A stretch of DNA of 64,000 nt from NCBI GenBank assembly GCA_964468165.1, contig CAYXUN010000002.1:29446-93445 (forward strand), given 5' to 3'. Shown here in pieces: positions 32,956 to 46,884 of this stretch (its first letter is position 1; each line of letters opens with the position of its first letter). The stretch is from an uncultured Novosphingobium sp. Lineage in GTDB: Bacteria > Pseudomonadota > Alphaproteobacteria > Sphingomonadales > Sphingomonadaceae. The notes under the pieces are model-generated. The model saw only the letters and a list, made by a program, of their open reading frames with translations. It had not been told where the DNA came from and did not search any database. A program made the position numbers and the translations under genes.

Positions 32956-33305
32956 TGGCCAAGCTGTCTCTCTTCGATCGCCGCCGTCGCCGCGTCCGCA
33001 CTGCCCTCAAGGCACGTGCTGGCGGCCGTCCGCGTCTCTCCGTGCACCGCACGGGCCGTCACATCTACGCGCAGATCATCGACGATGCTGCCGGCCGTAC
33101 CCTGGCCGCCGCTTCGTCGCTGGTGAAGGGCGAGAAGTCGATCGGCGCCAACATCGACGCCGCTGCCCTGGTGGGCAAGCAGATCGCCGAACGGGCCAAG
33201 GAGGCCGGTGTCACCACCGTCGTCTTCGACCGTGGCGGTTACCTGTTCCATGGCCGCGTCAAGGCGCTGGCTGACGCTGCCCGTGAAGGCGGCCTGGAGT
33301 TCTGA
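32955..33305 (+). CDS. rplR: 50S ribosomal protein L18
   Basis: RPRLSV, FDRGGY.FHGRV. Confidence 0.99.
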   Translation: MAKLSLFDRRRRRVRTALKARAGGRPRLSVHRTGRHIYAQIIDDAAGRTLAAASSLVKGEKSIGANIDAAALVGKQIAERAKEAGVTTVVFDRGGYLFHGRVKALADAAREGGLEF

Positions 33306-33307
33306 TC

Positions 33308-34027
33308 ATGGCTGACGAAACCAACCTGCAGGGCGATGCCGCTGCCCCCGTCGAACAGACCGGTGGCGAGCAGCGCGAAGGTCGCGGTCGCGGTCGTGGC
33401 CGTGGCGGTGAGCGTGGCGAACGCGGTGAGCGTGGCGGCCGTGGCCGTCGCGACGACCGTCGTGGCCGCAACAACAACGACGAGGAACAGGGTGAAGAGC
33501 TGATCGAAAAGCTCGTTCACATCAACCGCGTCTCCAAGACCGTGAAGGGCGGCAAGCGCTTCGGCTTTGCTGCTCTGGTCGTGGTCGGCGATGGCAAGGG
33601 TCGCGTGGGCTTCGGCCACGGCAAGGCCCGCGAAGTGCCGGAAGCCATCACCAAGGCCACCGCTTCTGCCAAGAAGAAGATGGTTCGCGTTCCGCTCAAG
33701 GAAGGCCGCACCCTTCACCACGACGGCAAGGGCCGTTTCGGTGCAGGCAAGGTCAATGTGCGTTCGGCCCCGGCCGGTACGGGCATCATCGCGGGCGGCC
33801 CGATGCGCGCCGTCTTCGAAAGCCTGGGCGTGCATGACGTGGTGACCAAGTCGGTCGGCACGTCGAACCCCTACAACATGATCCGCGCCACCTTCGACGC
33901 GCTGCAGGACCAGACTTCGCCGAAGTCTGTGGCCCAGCGTCGCGGCAAGAAGGTCGCTGATCTGCTCGGTCGTGGTGGTGCTTCGCAGGTCGAAGCCGAA
34001 GCCGCTGCCGAAGCCATCGCGGAGTAA
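33308..34027 (+). CDS. rpsE: 30S ribosomal protein S5 with RG/RGG-rich N-terminal extension
   Basis: [20 protein letters not shown]. Confidence 0.99.
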   Translation: MADETNLQGDAAAPVEQTGGEQREGRGRGRGRGGERGERGERGGRGRRDDRRGRNNNDEEQGEELIEKLVHINRVSKTVKGGKRFGFAALVVVGDGKGRVGFGHGKAREVPEAITKATASAKKKMVRVPLKEGRTLHHDGKGRFGAGKVNVRSAPAGTGIIAGGPMRAVFESLGVHDVVTKSVGTSNPYNMIRATFDALQDQTSPKSVAQRRGKKVADLLGRGGASQVEAEAAAEAIAE

Positions 34028-34033
34028 TCGGTC

Positions 34034-34210
34034 ATGGCTAAGATCAAGATCAAGCAGATCGGTTCGCCGATCCGTCGCCCGGAACACCAGAAGAAGATTC
34101 TGGTCGGCCTGGGCCTGGGCAAGATGAACCGCGTGGTTGAAGTGGAAGATACCGCTGAAACCCGTGGCGCCATTGCCAAGCTGCCGCACATGGTGGCCGT
34201 GGTCGACTGA
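34034..34210 (+). CDS. rpmD: 50S ribosomal protein L30 (58 aa, absent from ORF track)
   Basis: Manual translation [58 protein letters not shown]; canonical position after rpsE. Confidence 0.97.
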   Translation: MAKIKIKQIGSPIRRPEHQKKILVGLGLGKMNRVVEVEDTAETRGAIAKLPHMVAVVD

Positions 34211-34238
34211 CCATAGCTGCCTGAGCCAAGCTTTCAGA

Positions 34239-34274
34239 AAAAGCCCCGCGCATCGCCTGATGCGCGGGGCTTTT
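34239..34274 (+). terminator. Strong intrinsic terminator after rpmD
   Basis: AAAAGCCCCGCGCATC-GCCT-GATGCGCGGGGCTTTT. Confidence 0.8.
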
Positions 34275-34297
34275 CGCTTGGGGATCCGGGGGAGGGG

Positions 34298-34370
34298 CTG
34301 CGACAGGCCCAGCCCGAACGGAGAGTGCCGGAAGATGCCAACCCCGTTCGCCCTGAGCTTGTCGAAGGGC
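34298..34370. repeat. REP/REPIN-like palindromic element
   Basis: CTGCGACAGGCCCAGCCCGAACGG (34298-34321) is an imperfect (19/24) inverted copy of CCGTTCGCCCTGAGCTTGTCGAAG (34344-34367). Confidence 0.7.
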
Positions 34371-34518
34371 TGGGACCAGGCGCTCGGCGCTGCCCTTCCT
34401 TTCCACGGGCTCCGCGATCTCCGTTATGATTCGCCCTGAGGGGGTGACAAGCCGGCCTCAAGCCACTAAGGGCGCCTCTTCCTATCAGCGCGACTCAAAG
34501 CGAAAGCGAGTGCATCTC

Positions 34519-34998
34519 ATGAAGCTTAACCAGATTTCCGACAATGGCGGCGCCCGCAAGGGCCGCATGCGCGTGGGCCGTGGCATCGGCTCGGGCAAGG
34601 GCAAGACCGCTGGCCGCGGCCAGAAGGGTGCCAAGGCGCGTTCGGGCGTTTCGATCAACGGGTTCGAAGGCGGCCAGATGCCGCTGCACATGCGCATCCC
34701 GAAGCGCGGCTTCAACAACATCTTCGCCAAGGACTATGCCGAGGTGAACCTTGGCCTGATCCAGAAGATGATCGACGCCGGCAAGCTCGACGTGTCGGGC
34801 GTGGTCGATCACGCCGCGCTCAAGGCCGCTGGCCTGGCCCGTGGCGGCAAGCACGGCGTGCGTCTGCTCGCCAAGGGCGAACTGACCACCAAGGTCAGCT
34901 TCAAGGTTGCCGGTGCCTCCAAGGGTGCCGTGGCTGCGGTGGAAAAGCTGGGTGGCGCGGTTGAAGTGACCGTCGTCAAGGCTGCCGCCGAAGCCTGA
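34519..34998 (+). CDS. rplO: 50S ribosomal protein L15
   Basis: [21 protein letters not shown]. Confidence 0.99.
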   Translation: MKLNQISDNGGARKGRMRVGRGIGSGKGKTAGRGQKGAKARSGVSINGFEGGQMPLHMRIPKRGFNNIFAKDYAEVNLGLIQKMIDAGKLDVSGVVDHAALKAAGLARGGKHGVRLLAKGELTTKVSFKVAGASKGAVAAVEKLGGAVEVTVVKAAAEA

Positions 34999-35187
34999 GA
35001 CCTTTTAATTATCGCGTAAAACGGGCGCAGGGGTTATTGCATCCCTGCGCCCGTCCTATATGGCCCGTACTGAATTGAACGCACCATATTGACGCGCAGC
35101 CCGCCGGGCGGGGCCTGACACATCCGAAGCGCAATGCGCGATCGGGCGTCGGCCGGACCGGGCCACAGCAAGGCTTGATACCCGACC

Positions 35188-36555
<1,368 letters not shown>

Positions 36556-36587
36556 TCGCGCAGGTGTCGAAGAGGGGGACTGCCAAA

Positions 36588-37232
36588 GTGAATATCATTC
36601 TTCTCGGCCCGCCGGGCGCCGGCAAGGGCACCCAGGCCCAGCGCCTGGTCGAACGCCATGGCCTCAAGCAGCTTTCCACTGGCGACATGCTGCGCGCCGC
36701 GGTCAAGGCCGGCACGCCGGTTGGCCTCAAGGCCAAGGCCGTGATGGAAGCGGGCCAGCTGGTTTCTGACGAGATCGTCTCGGCCCTGATCGGCGACGAA
36801 CTCGATGCGATGGGCGCTGGCACCGGCGCGATCTTCGATGGCTATCCGCGCACCGCGGCGCAGGCCGAATCGCTCGATGCGATCCTGGCCAGCCGTGGCC
36901 GCCAGCTCGATCACGTGATCGAGCTGGACGTGAACGAGGATGCCCTGGTCGAGCGGATCACCGGCCGCTACACCTGTGCCACCTGCGGCAAGGGCTATCA
37001 CGACACGTTCGAGCAGCCCAAGGTGGCCGGCACGTGCGACAAGTGCGGTGGCCACGAGTTCAAACGCCGCCCCGACGATAACGAGGAAACCGTGCGCACG
37101 CGCATGGCCGAGTATCGCGCCAAGACGGCGCCGATCCTGCCGATCTACGAAGCGCGCGGCATCGTGGCGCGCGTGGACGGCATGGCAGACATGGATGCCG
37201 TAACAGCCTCGATCGAGGCGATTCTGGCTTAA
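36588..37232 (+). CDS. adk: Adenylate kinase (zinc-binding LID)
   Basis: GPPGAGKGTQ, FDGYPR, CATC..CDKC. Confidence 0.98.
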   Translation: MNIILLGPPGAGKGTQAQRLVERHGLKQLSTGDMLRAAVKAGTPVGLKAKAVMEAGQLVSDEIVSALIGDELDAMGAGTGAIFDGYPRTAAQAESLDAILASRGRQLDHVIELDVNEDALVERITGRYTCATCGKGYHDTFEQPKVAGTCDKCGGHEFKRRPDDNEETVRTRMAEYRAKTAPILPIYEARGIVARVDGMADMDAVTASIEAILA

Positions 37233-37297
37233 AGCGGCCAGGCTTTCCGACTATCGTGGAAAGCTTGGCAACGGTGCGGCGAAAAGGAGTGTGCCCA

Positions 37298-38356
37298 GTG
37301 CGATCACGGCTTGCAGGCAGGGTCGCGGGGCTGCTCTTCGCCGCCGTGGCGGGCAGCGCGGCATCGGCCGTACCCGCCCATGCCGAGATCGTCGCGCGCG
37401 ACGACAACGGCTTTGTCATTCGCCAGACCGTCGATGTCGGCGCGTCGCCGGCAGAGGCTTGGCGCACCCTGGTCAAGCCGGCGACCTGGTGGTCGAGCGA
37501 GCATACCTTTTCGGGCGAAGCAGCAAACCTGACGCTCGATCCCGTTCCCGGCGGCTGTTTCTGTGAAAAGCTGCCGGCGAGCAAGCAAGGCGGGGCAGGG
37601 GCCTTGGCCGGCGGCGTCCAGCACATGCGCGTGGTCTATGTCGAACCCGGGCGCGCGCTGCGCATGACCGGCGCGCTCGGCCCGTTGCAGAGCGAGGCCG
37701 TGCTTGGCTCCATGACGATCACGCTGAAAGCGGGTGATCGCGGCACGCGCATTCTCTTCGAATATGTCGTGGGCGGCTATATGCGCTATCGCATGGATCA
37801 GATCGCGCCGGCGGTCGATCGCATGCTGGGGCAGCAGATCGCCGGCCTGGCCGACAAGCTGGGTGGCGCACTGGCCGGCGATGGCGCCGTGCCGATCATC
37901 ACGCCCAAGGCCCCGGCCGATCGTTCTGACAACGACGATGCAGCCCCGGTCTCGCGCGGCGCACCGCAGGGCCCCTCGCTCGATCCCGATGGCGCACCGG
38001 TGAGTGGCCGTCCGGTCGGTACCCTGCGTGGTCTGCCCAGCCTGCCGCCGGGCCCCGCGCGCAGCCGCACGACGGCGCCGACGGTCTCTGAGGACGATGG
38101 GTTGGTCGTTTCCGACGATACCCCCGCGCCGGTTGCCAGGCCGGTCCCGGCCAGGCCCGCAGCGACCAAGGCCGCACCGGGCAAGCCGGCAGCTGCCAAG
38201 TCAGCCAAGAAGGCTGCGCCAGCCAAGCCGGCTGCTGCCAAACCAAGCCCTGCCAAGCCCAAGCCCGTGCCCGCCGCGCCACGTGATGAAGCGACCGCGC
38301 AAAAGGATGCGCAGGCCGCATTCGATGCCGCAATGGGGCCCGGCAGCGATCATTGA
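37298..38356 (+). CDS. Exported SRPBCC/START-fold protein with Pro/Ala/Lys-rich tail
   Basis: AAGGAG RBS, signal peptide ending AHA, WW..HTFSG..GGCFCE..GALGPLQ core, low-complexity C-terminus. Confidence 0.75.
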   Translation: MRSRLAGRVAGLLFAAVAGSAASAVPAHAEIVARDDNGFVIRQTVDVGASPAEAWRTLVKPATWWSSEHTFSGEAANLTLDPVPGGCFCEKLPASKQGGAGALAGGVQHMRVVYVEPGRALRMTGALGPLQSEAVLGSMTITLKAGDRGTRILFEYVVGGYMRYRMDQIAPAVDRMLGQQIAGLADKLGGALAGDGAVPIITPKAPADRSDNDDAAPVSRGAPQGPSLDPDGAPVSGRPVGTLRGLPSLPPGPARSRTTAPTVSEDDGLVVSDDTPAPVARPVPARPAATKAAPGKPAAAKSAKKAAPAKPAAAKPSPAKPKPVPAAPRDEATAQKDAQAAFDAAMGPGSDH

Positions 38357-38518
38357 TGCCGCGTGCCGTGGCGGGGCAACGGGCTGCGCGCAGTCTGGCG
38401 AATCGTGCTTTGCGACGCGGCGGTTGTGGCGTATAAGGATGATGTCACCGCAGCTGGCCCCCGTGCTCATGGAGGGCCGCACGTTCACCCGTCTGCGCGG
38501 GGAACGTGCCCTTTGTGG

Positions 38519-38547
38519 TTGACCTTTCCCAGCAAAAAGCTTAAGCG
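38519..38547 (+). promoter_or_regulatory. Putative sigma70 promoter of the alpha operon
   Basis: TTGACC-N17-TAAGCG upstream of rpsM. Confidence 0.45.
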
Positions 38548-38694
38548 CGCCTTTCATTCGAACGAGAAGGGTCATTTGAAGTCCGGGGCAAGTGCTTGCG
38601 CGGGCTGCAATTTGGCGTTTTTCAGCGGGTGTTGTCGCGATGAGATAGGGCGCCAATTTCGATTCGGCGCTCTGTGGAGCAAACGGAGAAACAA

Positions 38695-39063
38695 GTGGCT
38701 CGTATTGCCGGGGTCAATATCCCCACCAACAAGCGCGTGATCGTGGCGCTGACCTACATTCATGGCATTGGCCCGTTCAAGGCCCGCCAGATTGCCGACA
38801 AGCTCGGTATCGATCATGCCCGCCGCGTTCAGGATCTGTCGGACGCCGAAGTGCTCCAGATCCGTGAAGCGATCGACGCTGAACACACCGTGGAAGGCGA
38901 TCTGCGTCGCGAAACCGCGATGAACATCAAGCGCCTGATGGACCTGGCCTGCTACCGTGGCCTGCGCCACCGCAAGGGTCTGCCGGTCCGTGGCCAGCGC
39001 ACGCACACCAATGCGCGCACCCGCAAGGGCAAGGCCAAGCCGATCGCCGGCAAGAAGAAGTAA
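38695..39063 (+). CDS. rpsM: 30S ribosomal protein S13
   Basis: GTG start, [21 protein letters not shown]. Confidence 0.99.
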   Translation: MARIAGVNIPTNKRVIVALTYIHGIGPFKARQIADKLGIDHARRVQDLSDAEVLQIREAIDAEHTVEGDLRRETAMNIKRLMDLACYRGLRHRKGLPVRGQRTHTNARTRKGKAKPIAGKKK

Positions 39064-39119
39064 GATCGGGCCTTTGAGGCTCTGATCTTCCCAACGGTTT
39101 CTCGACAGGAATTCAACAC

Positions 39120-39509
39120 ATGGCACGCGAACCTCAGCGCATTAAGCGCCGCGAGCGCAAGAACATCACCAGCGGTGTTGCGCACGTTAACGCCAGCTTC
39201 AACAACACCATGATCACCATCACCGATGCCCAGGGCAACGCCATCTCGTGGTCGTCTGCCGGCATGATGGGCTTCAAGGGCAGCCGCAAGTCGACCCCCT
39301 ATGCCGCTCAGGTGGCTGCGGACGACGCCGGCAAGAAGGCCGCCGAACACGGCGTGCGCACCCTTGAAGTGGAAGTGAAGGGTCCGGGTTCGGGCCGCGA
39401 AAGCGCCCTGCGCGCTCTGCAGGCGGTGGGTTTCACCATCACTGCGATCCGCGATGTGACCCCGATCCCGCACAACGGCGTGCGTCCTTCCAAGCGCCGT
39501 CGCGTCTGA
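39120..39509 (+). CDS. rpsK: 30S ribosomal protein S11
   Basis: [15 protein letters not shown]. Confidence 0.99.
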   Translation: MAREPQRIKRRERKNITSGVAHVNASFNNTMITITDAQGNAISWSSAGMMGFKGSRKSTPYAAQVAADDAGKKAAEHGVRTLEVEVKGPGSGRESALRALQAVGFTITAIRDVTPIPHNGVRPSKRRRV

Positions 39510-39630
39510 CCTGCCTTTTGGCGAGTGGCGCGCGAGGTACCACGCGCGCCACACCCGCCCAATATCTTGACCGGTTGCGGCTTCCTTCTGGCCGACTGCC
39601 GGCGCTCTCGAAAAACCCTAGGGGAATTCC

Positions 39631-40692
39631 ATGACTGTCAACATCAAGAACTGGCAGGAACTGAAGAAGCCCAACAATCTCGACATCAAGCCCGGCCACG
39701 ATCCGAAGCGTCGCGCGACTTTCGTTGCCGAACCGCTTGAGCGTGGCTTTGGTCTTACCCTCGGCAATGCGCTGCGCCGGGTGCTGCTCTCTTCGCTTCA
39801 GGGAGCCGCGGTTACGTCGATCAAGATCGAGAACGTGCTGCACGAATTCTCGTCGCTTGCCGGCGTGCGTGAAGACGTCACCGACATCGTGCTCAACGTC
39901 AAGCAGATCGCGCTCAAGATGCAGGGCGAAGGCCCCAAGCGTCTTCAGCTGTCCGCGATCGGGCCGGGCGAAGTCAAGGCCGGCGATATCGCCGTGACCG
40001 GCGACATCGAGGTGATGAACAAGGATCTGGTGATCTGCCATCTGGATGAAGGCGCGACCTTCAACATGGAACTCACCTGCGACACCGGCAAGGGCTATGT
40101 CCCGGCCGTGTCGAACCGCCCGGTGGATGCACCGATCGGCCTGATCCCGGTGGACTCGCTGTACTCGCCCGTGCGCCAGGTGTCCTACAAGGTGGACAAC
40201 GCCCGCATCGGCCAGGAGCTTGACTACGACAAGCTCAGCCTCTCGGTCGAAACCGATGGCACCGTCACCCCGGAAGACGCCGTGGCCTATGCCGCGCGCA
40301 TCCTTCAGGACCAGCTGGCGCTGTTCGTCCACTTCGACGACCAGGTGCCGACCGGCCACGTGCCGTCGCTCGCCGGCGTTGCCGCGCATGCGCCGGAAGA
40401 AAGCGACGCCAACCAGCTCAACCGCTACCTCCTCAAGAAGGTGGACGAGCTGGAACTGTCGGTGCGTTCGGCCAACTGCCTGAAGAACGACAACATCATC
40501 TACATCGGCGACCTGGTCCAGAAGACCGAGGCCGAGATGCTCCGCACGCCGAACTTCGGCCGCAAGTCGCTCAACGAGATCAAGGAAGTGCTCTCGTCGA
40601 TGGGTCTGCGCCTCGGCATGGACATCCCTGGCTGGCCGCCGGAAAACATCGAGGAAATGGCCAAGAAGCTCGAGCAGGAACTGCTCGGCTGA
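39631..40692 (+). CDS. rpoA: RNA polymerase alpha subunit
   Basis: [32 protein letters not shown]. Confidence 0.99.
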   Translation: MTVNIKNWQELKKPNNLDIKPGHDPKRRATFVAEPLERGFGLTLGNALRRVLLSSLQGAAVTSIKIENVLHEFSSLAGVREDVTDIVLNVKQIALKMQGEGPKRLQLSAIGPGEVKAGDIAVTGDIEVMNKDLVICHLDEGATFNMELTCDTGKGYVPAVSNRPVDAPIGLIPVDSLYSPVRQVSYKVDNARIGQELDYDKLSLSVETDGTVTPEDAVAYAARILQDQLALFVHFDDQVPTGHVPSLAGVAAHAPEESDANQLNRYLLKKVDELELSVRSANCLKNDNIIYIGDLVQKTEAEMLRTPNFGRKSLNEIKEVLSSMGLRLGMDIPGWPPENIEEMAKKLEQELLG

Positions 40693-40779
40693 TTGGGAGG
40701 GCAGGGCCGGCATGGAACGCGTTCCGTGCCGGCCTGGCCGCAGCATAGCGCTGCAACCTCGCCAGAAAGGGAACGGGCT

Positions 40780-40842
40780 GCCCCTCAAGTCGGCCTGGAT
40801 CGGGGTACCTCACACGGCCCCCCTACAAACGGAGAATGAGTT
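40780..40842 (+). promoter_or_regulatory. Candidate ribosomal-protein leader RNA upstream of rplQ
   Basis: GGGGTACCTCACACGGCCCC stem-loop just before the GGAG RBS; resembles the recalled L17 Actino/Proteobacteria leader motif. Confidence 0.5.
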
Positions 40843-41268
40843 ATGCGTCATAAGCTGGGCCAGCGTAAGCTGGGTCGTACCTCGTCGCACCGTATTGCGC
40901 TGCTGCGCAATCTGGCTGCCGCGCTGATCAAGCACGAGCAGATCACCACCACCACGCCCAAGGCGAAGGAACTGCGTCCCTACGTCGAAAAGCTGATCAC
41001 GCTGGCCAAGCATGGTGGCCTGTCGAACCGCCGCCTTGCCCACGCCCGTCTGCTTGACGAAGCGCAGGAAAAGAAGCTGTTCGAAGTTCTGGCTGCGCGC
41101 TACGCCGACCGTGAAGGTGGCTACACCCGCATCATCAAGGCCGGTTACCGCGCCTCGGACGCCGCCCCGATCGCCGTGATCGAGCTGGTGGACCGTGACA
41201 CGTCGGCCAAGGGCCTCGATTCGGGTCCGGTGCTGACTGCCGACGAAGACGAACTCGAAAACGCCTGA
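40843..41268 (+). CDS. rplQ: 50S ribosomal protein L17
   Basis: MRH...[16 protein letters not shown]. Confidence 0.99.
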   Translation: MRHKLGQRKLGRTSSHRIALLRNLAAALIKHEQITTTTPKAKELRPYVEKLITLAKHGGLSNRRLAHARLLDEAQEKKLFEVLAARYADREGGYTRIIKAGYRASDAAPIAVIELVDRDTSAKGLDSGPVLTADEDELENA

Positions 41269-41309
41269 TCGGTCGGGGCACCGCGCCCCACCATCGGACG
41301 AACCGGATC

Positions 41310-41341
41310 ACGGGCGGGGCCGCAAGGCTCCGCCCGTTTTT
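41310..41341 (+). terminator. Intrinsic terminator after rplQ
   Basis: ACGGGCGGGGCC-GCAA-GGCTCCGCCCGT followed by TTTT. Confidence 0.85.
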
Positions 41342-41394
41342 CGTGCGCCGTGATGGCCTTGCCCACACCGCGCCGCGGCGGCATAGAACGGCCC

Positions 41395-41847
41395 ATGATC
41401 GTATGGCGTCTGGTCAAGGCCGGGGAACACGCGGTGGACGGGGCAGGGACGCTGCGTTTTGGCGGGCGCTATTGTTCGCCCGGGCAGCGCATCGTGCACT
41501 TTGCCAGCGAGGCGGGCCTCGCCGTGCTGGTGCAGCAGCGCTATCTGGCAGAGCCGGCAGAGACCTGTGAAACGCCGTTCGACCTGGGCTGGACCGAGAT
41601 TGCCGCCACGCCCGAACGCGTGCCCGATGGGCTTGATCGCGCCGCCACGATTGCGTTTGTCGATGCCTGGGCTGCCTCGGCGCGCGGGCTCGTGCTTGCC
41701 GTGCGGTCAGCTGTCTTGCCCGAGGCCGACGTGATCCTGATGAACGCCGCCCATCCCGACGCGGGCGGTGTGCCACCCCTTGCGGTACGGCCGTTCCGCT
41801 TTGCCCAATGCCTGCACCGCCCACCCATGCTGGGCCGTTATTCCTGA
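41395..41847 (+). CDS. RES-domain protein (degenerate NAD+ phosphorylase family)
   Basis: VWRL, DGAG...GGRY.SPG, VRSAVLP, ILMN..HPD. Confidence 0.78.
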   Translation: MIVWRLVKAGEHAVDGAGTLRFGGRYCSPGQRIVHFASEAGLAVLVQQRYLAEPAETCETPFDLGWTEIAATPERVPDGLDRAATIAFVDAWAASARGLVLAVRSAVLPEADVILMNAAHPDAGGVPPLAVRPFRFAQCLHRPPMLGRYS

Positions 41848-41927
41848 CGGTTGCAAAGGCAGTTGCACTGGCGCGATCCTGCGGTAGTTTCCTGCGAAAC
41901 CACCCCCCGTCTTGTCAGGATGTCGCG

Positions 41928-44099
<2,172 letters not shown>

Positions 44100-44165
44100 A
44101 GCCCGGGTCTTTGACGGTGCAATCTCTGGCGCCGGCGCTGTGCCGGTGCTAGAGATTCCCGAACA

Positions 44166-46493
44166 ATGACAAGGTTTGGGACAGGATGGCGCAAGGCGCT
44201 GCTGGCGGGCACGCTGGCCGGGCTGATGGCAGGCGGTGGCCAGGCCACGGCCGCCACCGCGCCTGCCCCTGCGCCCTTGGCCGATGGCGCCGGGGAGGGC
44301 GCAGTTGACGTTGTCCGCAGCGAGCGGGCGGGAACATCTGCACAGACGCCGCTGACCCCGCCGATCGCCCCCGGCGCCAGTCTGGTCCTGCCCCGCGAAC
44401 TCTATCCGCTGGCTCGGCGCGATGCGGTGGTGGACAAGCCGTTTGGCCAGGCCGTGGCCGATCCCTGGCGCTGGCTCGAAGCCGATCTGCGCACCAGCCC
44501 TGAGGTGGCCGATTGGGTGGCGCGCGAAAACCGCCTGAGCGGCGCATTCCTCAAGGCATTGCCCGAGCGCGCCGATTTTGCCGCGCGCATCCGCACGCTG
44601 CTGGATTATCCGCGCGTTTCGCTGCCGCGCAAGGCAGGGCGCAGCTACTTCTATCTGCGCAACACCGGCTTGCAGAATCAGCCCGTGCTCTATGTGCAAG
44701 AGGGCGATAGCGGCGCGCCGCGGCTGCTGATCGATCCCAATAGCTGGTCGGCCGATGGCACGCAGGCGCTGGACCTGTGGGTTCCCTCGCGCAGCGGCCG
44801 CTTCCTGGCGTTCGGGCGCCAGCGCGATGGCAGCGATTGGCGCACGCTGGGCGTGGTCGATGCGCGCAATGGCCGCATGCTCGATGATCGCCTGGAATGG
44901 GCCAACGATACGCTGATCGGGTGGCTGGGCGACGAGGGCTTTCTCTATTCGCGCTATCCCGCCCCGGCCCAGGGGCAGGCCTATCGTGCGGTGCTGGCGG
45001 GAAAAGCGGTGTGGTTCCACCGCGTGGGCACGCCGCAATCGGCCGACGAACTGGTCTTTGCCACGCCCGATCACCCCGAATGGGGGCACAAGGCGTTCGT
45101 CACCTCTGACGGCCGCTGGGCGGTCATCACCACCGAGGCCAGCACCGACGCGCGCCGCATGGTCCATCTGGTCGACCTGCGCGGCGATGGCTGGCGCCGC
45201 GGTGAGTGGCGCGTGCTGCCGCTCGTCACCGATTTCGATCACGAATGGAAGCCGATCGAGGGGCTGGGCGATCGCTTGTGGTTCATCACCAATTCGGGCG
45301 CGCCCAACGGCATGGTGGCCGAACTCGACCTCTCCAGTGCCACGCCGCGCTGGCGGGTCGTCGTGCCCGAACGCAGCCAGACGCTGGCTGGCGGCAATGT
45401 GGTGGGGGATCGGCTGATCCTGTCCTATCAGCACGATGGCGCCACCACCGCCGTGGTTACCGACCTGCGCGGCAAGCCGGCGCGGGCGATCACGCTCAAC
45501 GGCATCGGCGTAGCCTCGGGCTTTGCCGGGCGGCCGGGCGACAACGAGACGTTCTACCAGTTTTCCAGTTTCAACCTGCCGCCCACGATCTTTCGCCTCA
45601 ACCTGAAAACCGGGCAGGCGACGCCCTTTGCCCAGCCGCGCTTGTCGTTCGATCCGGCCGACTATGTGGTGGAACAGCGCCGCTATCGCTCCAAGGATGG
45701 CACGATGGTGCCGCTCTATCTGGTGCGCAGCCGCCGCGCCGCGCTGGCGGGTCAGGCGCTGCCGACGCTGCTCTATGGCTATGGCGGGTTCGATGTCGCG
45801 CTCACCCCGGGCTGGTCGCCGGTGCGCATGGCGTGGATTGCCGCCGGCGGTGCCTTTGCCCTGGCCAATATTCGCGGGGGCGGCGAATTCGGCCAGGCAT
45901 GGCACGATGGCGGCCGGCTTGCCGCCAAGCAGAACAGCTTCGACGATTTCATCGCCGCGGGCGAATATCTCATCGCGCAGGGCATCACGCCCAAGGGCGG
46001 CCTGGCGATCCAGGGCAGCTCCAACGGCGGCCTGCTGGTGGGTGCGGTGGTCAACCAGCGCCCCGATCTGTTTGCCGCGGCCAACCCCGATGTCGGGGTG
46101 ATGGACATGCTGCGCTTTGACCAGTTCACCGCCGGCCGGTTTTGGGTCGATGACTATGGCAATCCCGCGCGCGCCGCCGATTGGCAGGTGCTGCGCGCCT
46201 ATTCGCCTTATCACAACATCCGCGATGGCGTGCGCTATCCTGCCATCCTCGTCACCACCGCCGATACCGACGATCGCGTCGTGCCCGCGCACAGCTTCAA
46301 ATATGCCGCCGCGCTCCAGGCGGCCGATATCGGCCCGCTGCCGCATCTCTTGCGGGTGGAGCAGGGCGCGGGCCATGGTGGCGGCAAGAGCGTGGACAAG
46401 GTGATCGCTGGCGGCGCCGATGTGCTGGCGTTCCTGGCGGCCTACACCGGGTTGGCGCCGCAACCGCTGGCGCCATCGCCACCCGCCCCATAG
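44166..46493 (+). CDS. Prolyl oligopeptidase (S9A) paralogue, exported
   Basis: Signal peptide, DPWRWLE, YGYGGF, GSSNGG, DDRV, AGHG. Confidence 0.95.
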   Translation: MTRFGTGWRKALLAGTLAGLMAGGGQATAATAPAPAPLADGAGEGAVDVVRSERAGTSAQTPLTPPIAPGASLVLPRELYPLARRDAVVDKPFGQAVADPWRWLEADLRTSPEVADWVARENRLSGAFLKALPERADFAARIRTLLDYPRVSLPRKAGRSYFYLRNTGLQNQPVLYVQEGDSGAPRLLIDPNSWSADGTQALDLWVPSRSGRFLAFGRQRDGSDWRTLGVVDARNGRMLDDRLEWANDTLIGWLGDEGFLYSRYPAPAQGQAYRAVLAGKAVWFHRVGTPQSADELVFATPDHPEWGHKAFVTSDGRWAVITTEASTDARRMVHLVDLRGDGWRRGEWRVLPLVTDFDHEWKPIEGLGDRLWFITNSGAPNGMVAELDLSSATPRWRVVVPERSQTLAGGNVVGDRLILSYQHDGATTAVVTDLRGKPARAITLNGIGVASGFAGRPGDNETFYQFSSFNLPPTIFRLNLKTGQATPFAQPRLSFDPADYVVEQRRYRSKDGTMVPLYLVRSRRAALAGQALPTLLYGYGGFDVALTPGWSPVRMAWIAAGGAFALANIRGGGEFGQAWHDGGRLAAKQNSFDDFIAAGEYLIAQGITPKGGLAIQGSSNGGLLVGAVVNQRPDLFAAANPDVGVMDMLRFDQFTAGRFWVDDYGNPARAADWQVLRAYSPYHNIRDGVRYPAILVTTADTDDRVVPAHSFKYAAALQAADIGPLPHLLRVEQGAGHGGGKSVDKVIAGGADVLAFLAAYTGLAPQPLAPSPPAP

Positions 46494-46560
46494 GTTCCCC
46501 TTGCAGGCCGGGCAGTGGCTGACTATCCGCAAAGGCGGGACCACAACGGGATCGACCACA

Positions 46561-46884
46561 ATGACCATGTTCGATGATCGCGAGCGCGCGTTCGAAGCCA
46601 AGTTCGCCCACGACGAGGAAATGCTGTTCCGCGTGCACGCGCGTCGCAACCGTTTGCTGGGACAATGGGCGGCCGAGCGCATGAAGCTCACCCAGGCGGA
46701 GGCGGAAGCCTATGCCAAGTCCGTGGTTCACACCGATTTCGAGGAAGCCGGTGACGAAGACGTGGTGCGCAAGCTGCTCGGTGACCTGATCGCCGCTGGC
46801 GTGGACGTGAGCGAGGAAGAAATCCGCACCGCGCTTGATGCCAAGGCGGTTGACGCGCGCCGCCAACTGATGGGCGAAGTCTGA
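46561..46884 (+). CDS. DUF1476 protein (F1Fo-ATPase inhibitor zeta subunit family)
   Basis: MTMFDDRERAFEAKFAHD..ARRNRLLG.WAA. Confidence 0.9.
   Translation: MTMFDDRERAFEAKFAHDEEMLFRVHARRNRLLGQWAAERMKLTQAEAEAYAKSVVHTDFEEAGDEDVVRKLLGDLIAAGVDVSEEEIRTALDAKAVDARRQLMGEV

Noticed and set aside
33365..33480. Tandem GGTCGC/GAGCGTGGC repeats
   Set aside because: Encode the low-complexity RG-rich N-terminal extension of S5; not a CRISPR or mobile repeat
38130..38280. Repetitive GCCAAG/GCCGGC runs
   Set aside because: Coding low-complexity PAAAK tail, no spacer-repeat periodicity
36556..41268. Absence of map, infA, rpmJ and rpsD from the secY-alpha region
   Set aside because: Normal alphaproteobacterial gene order
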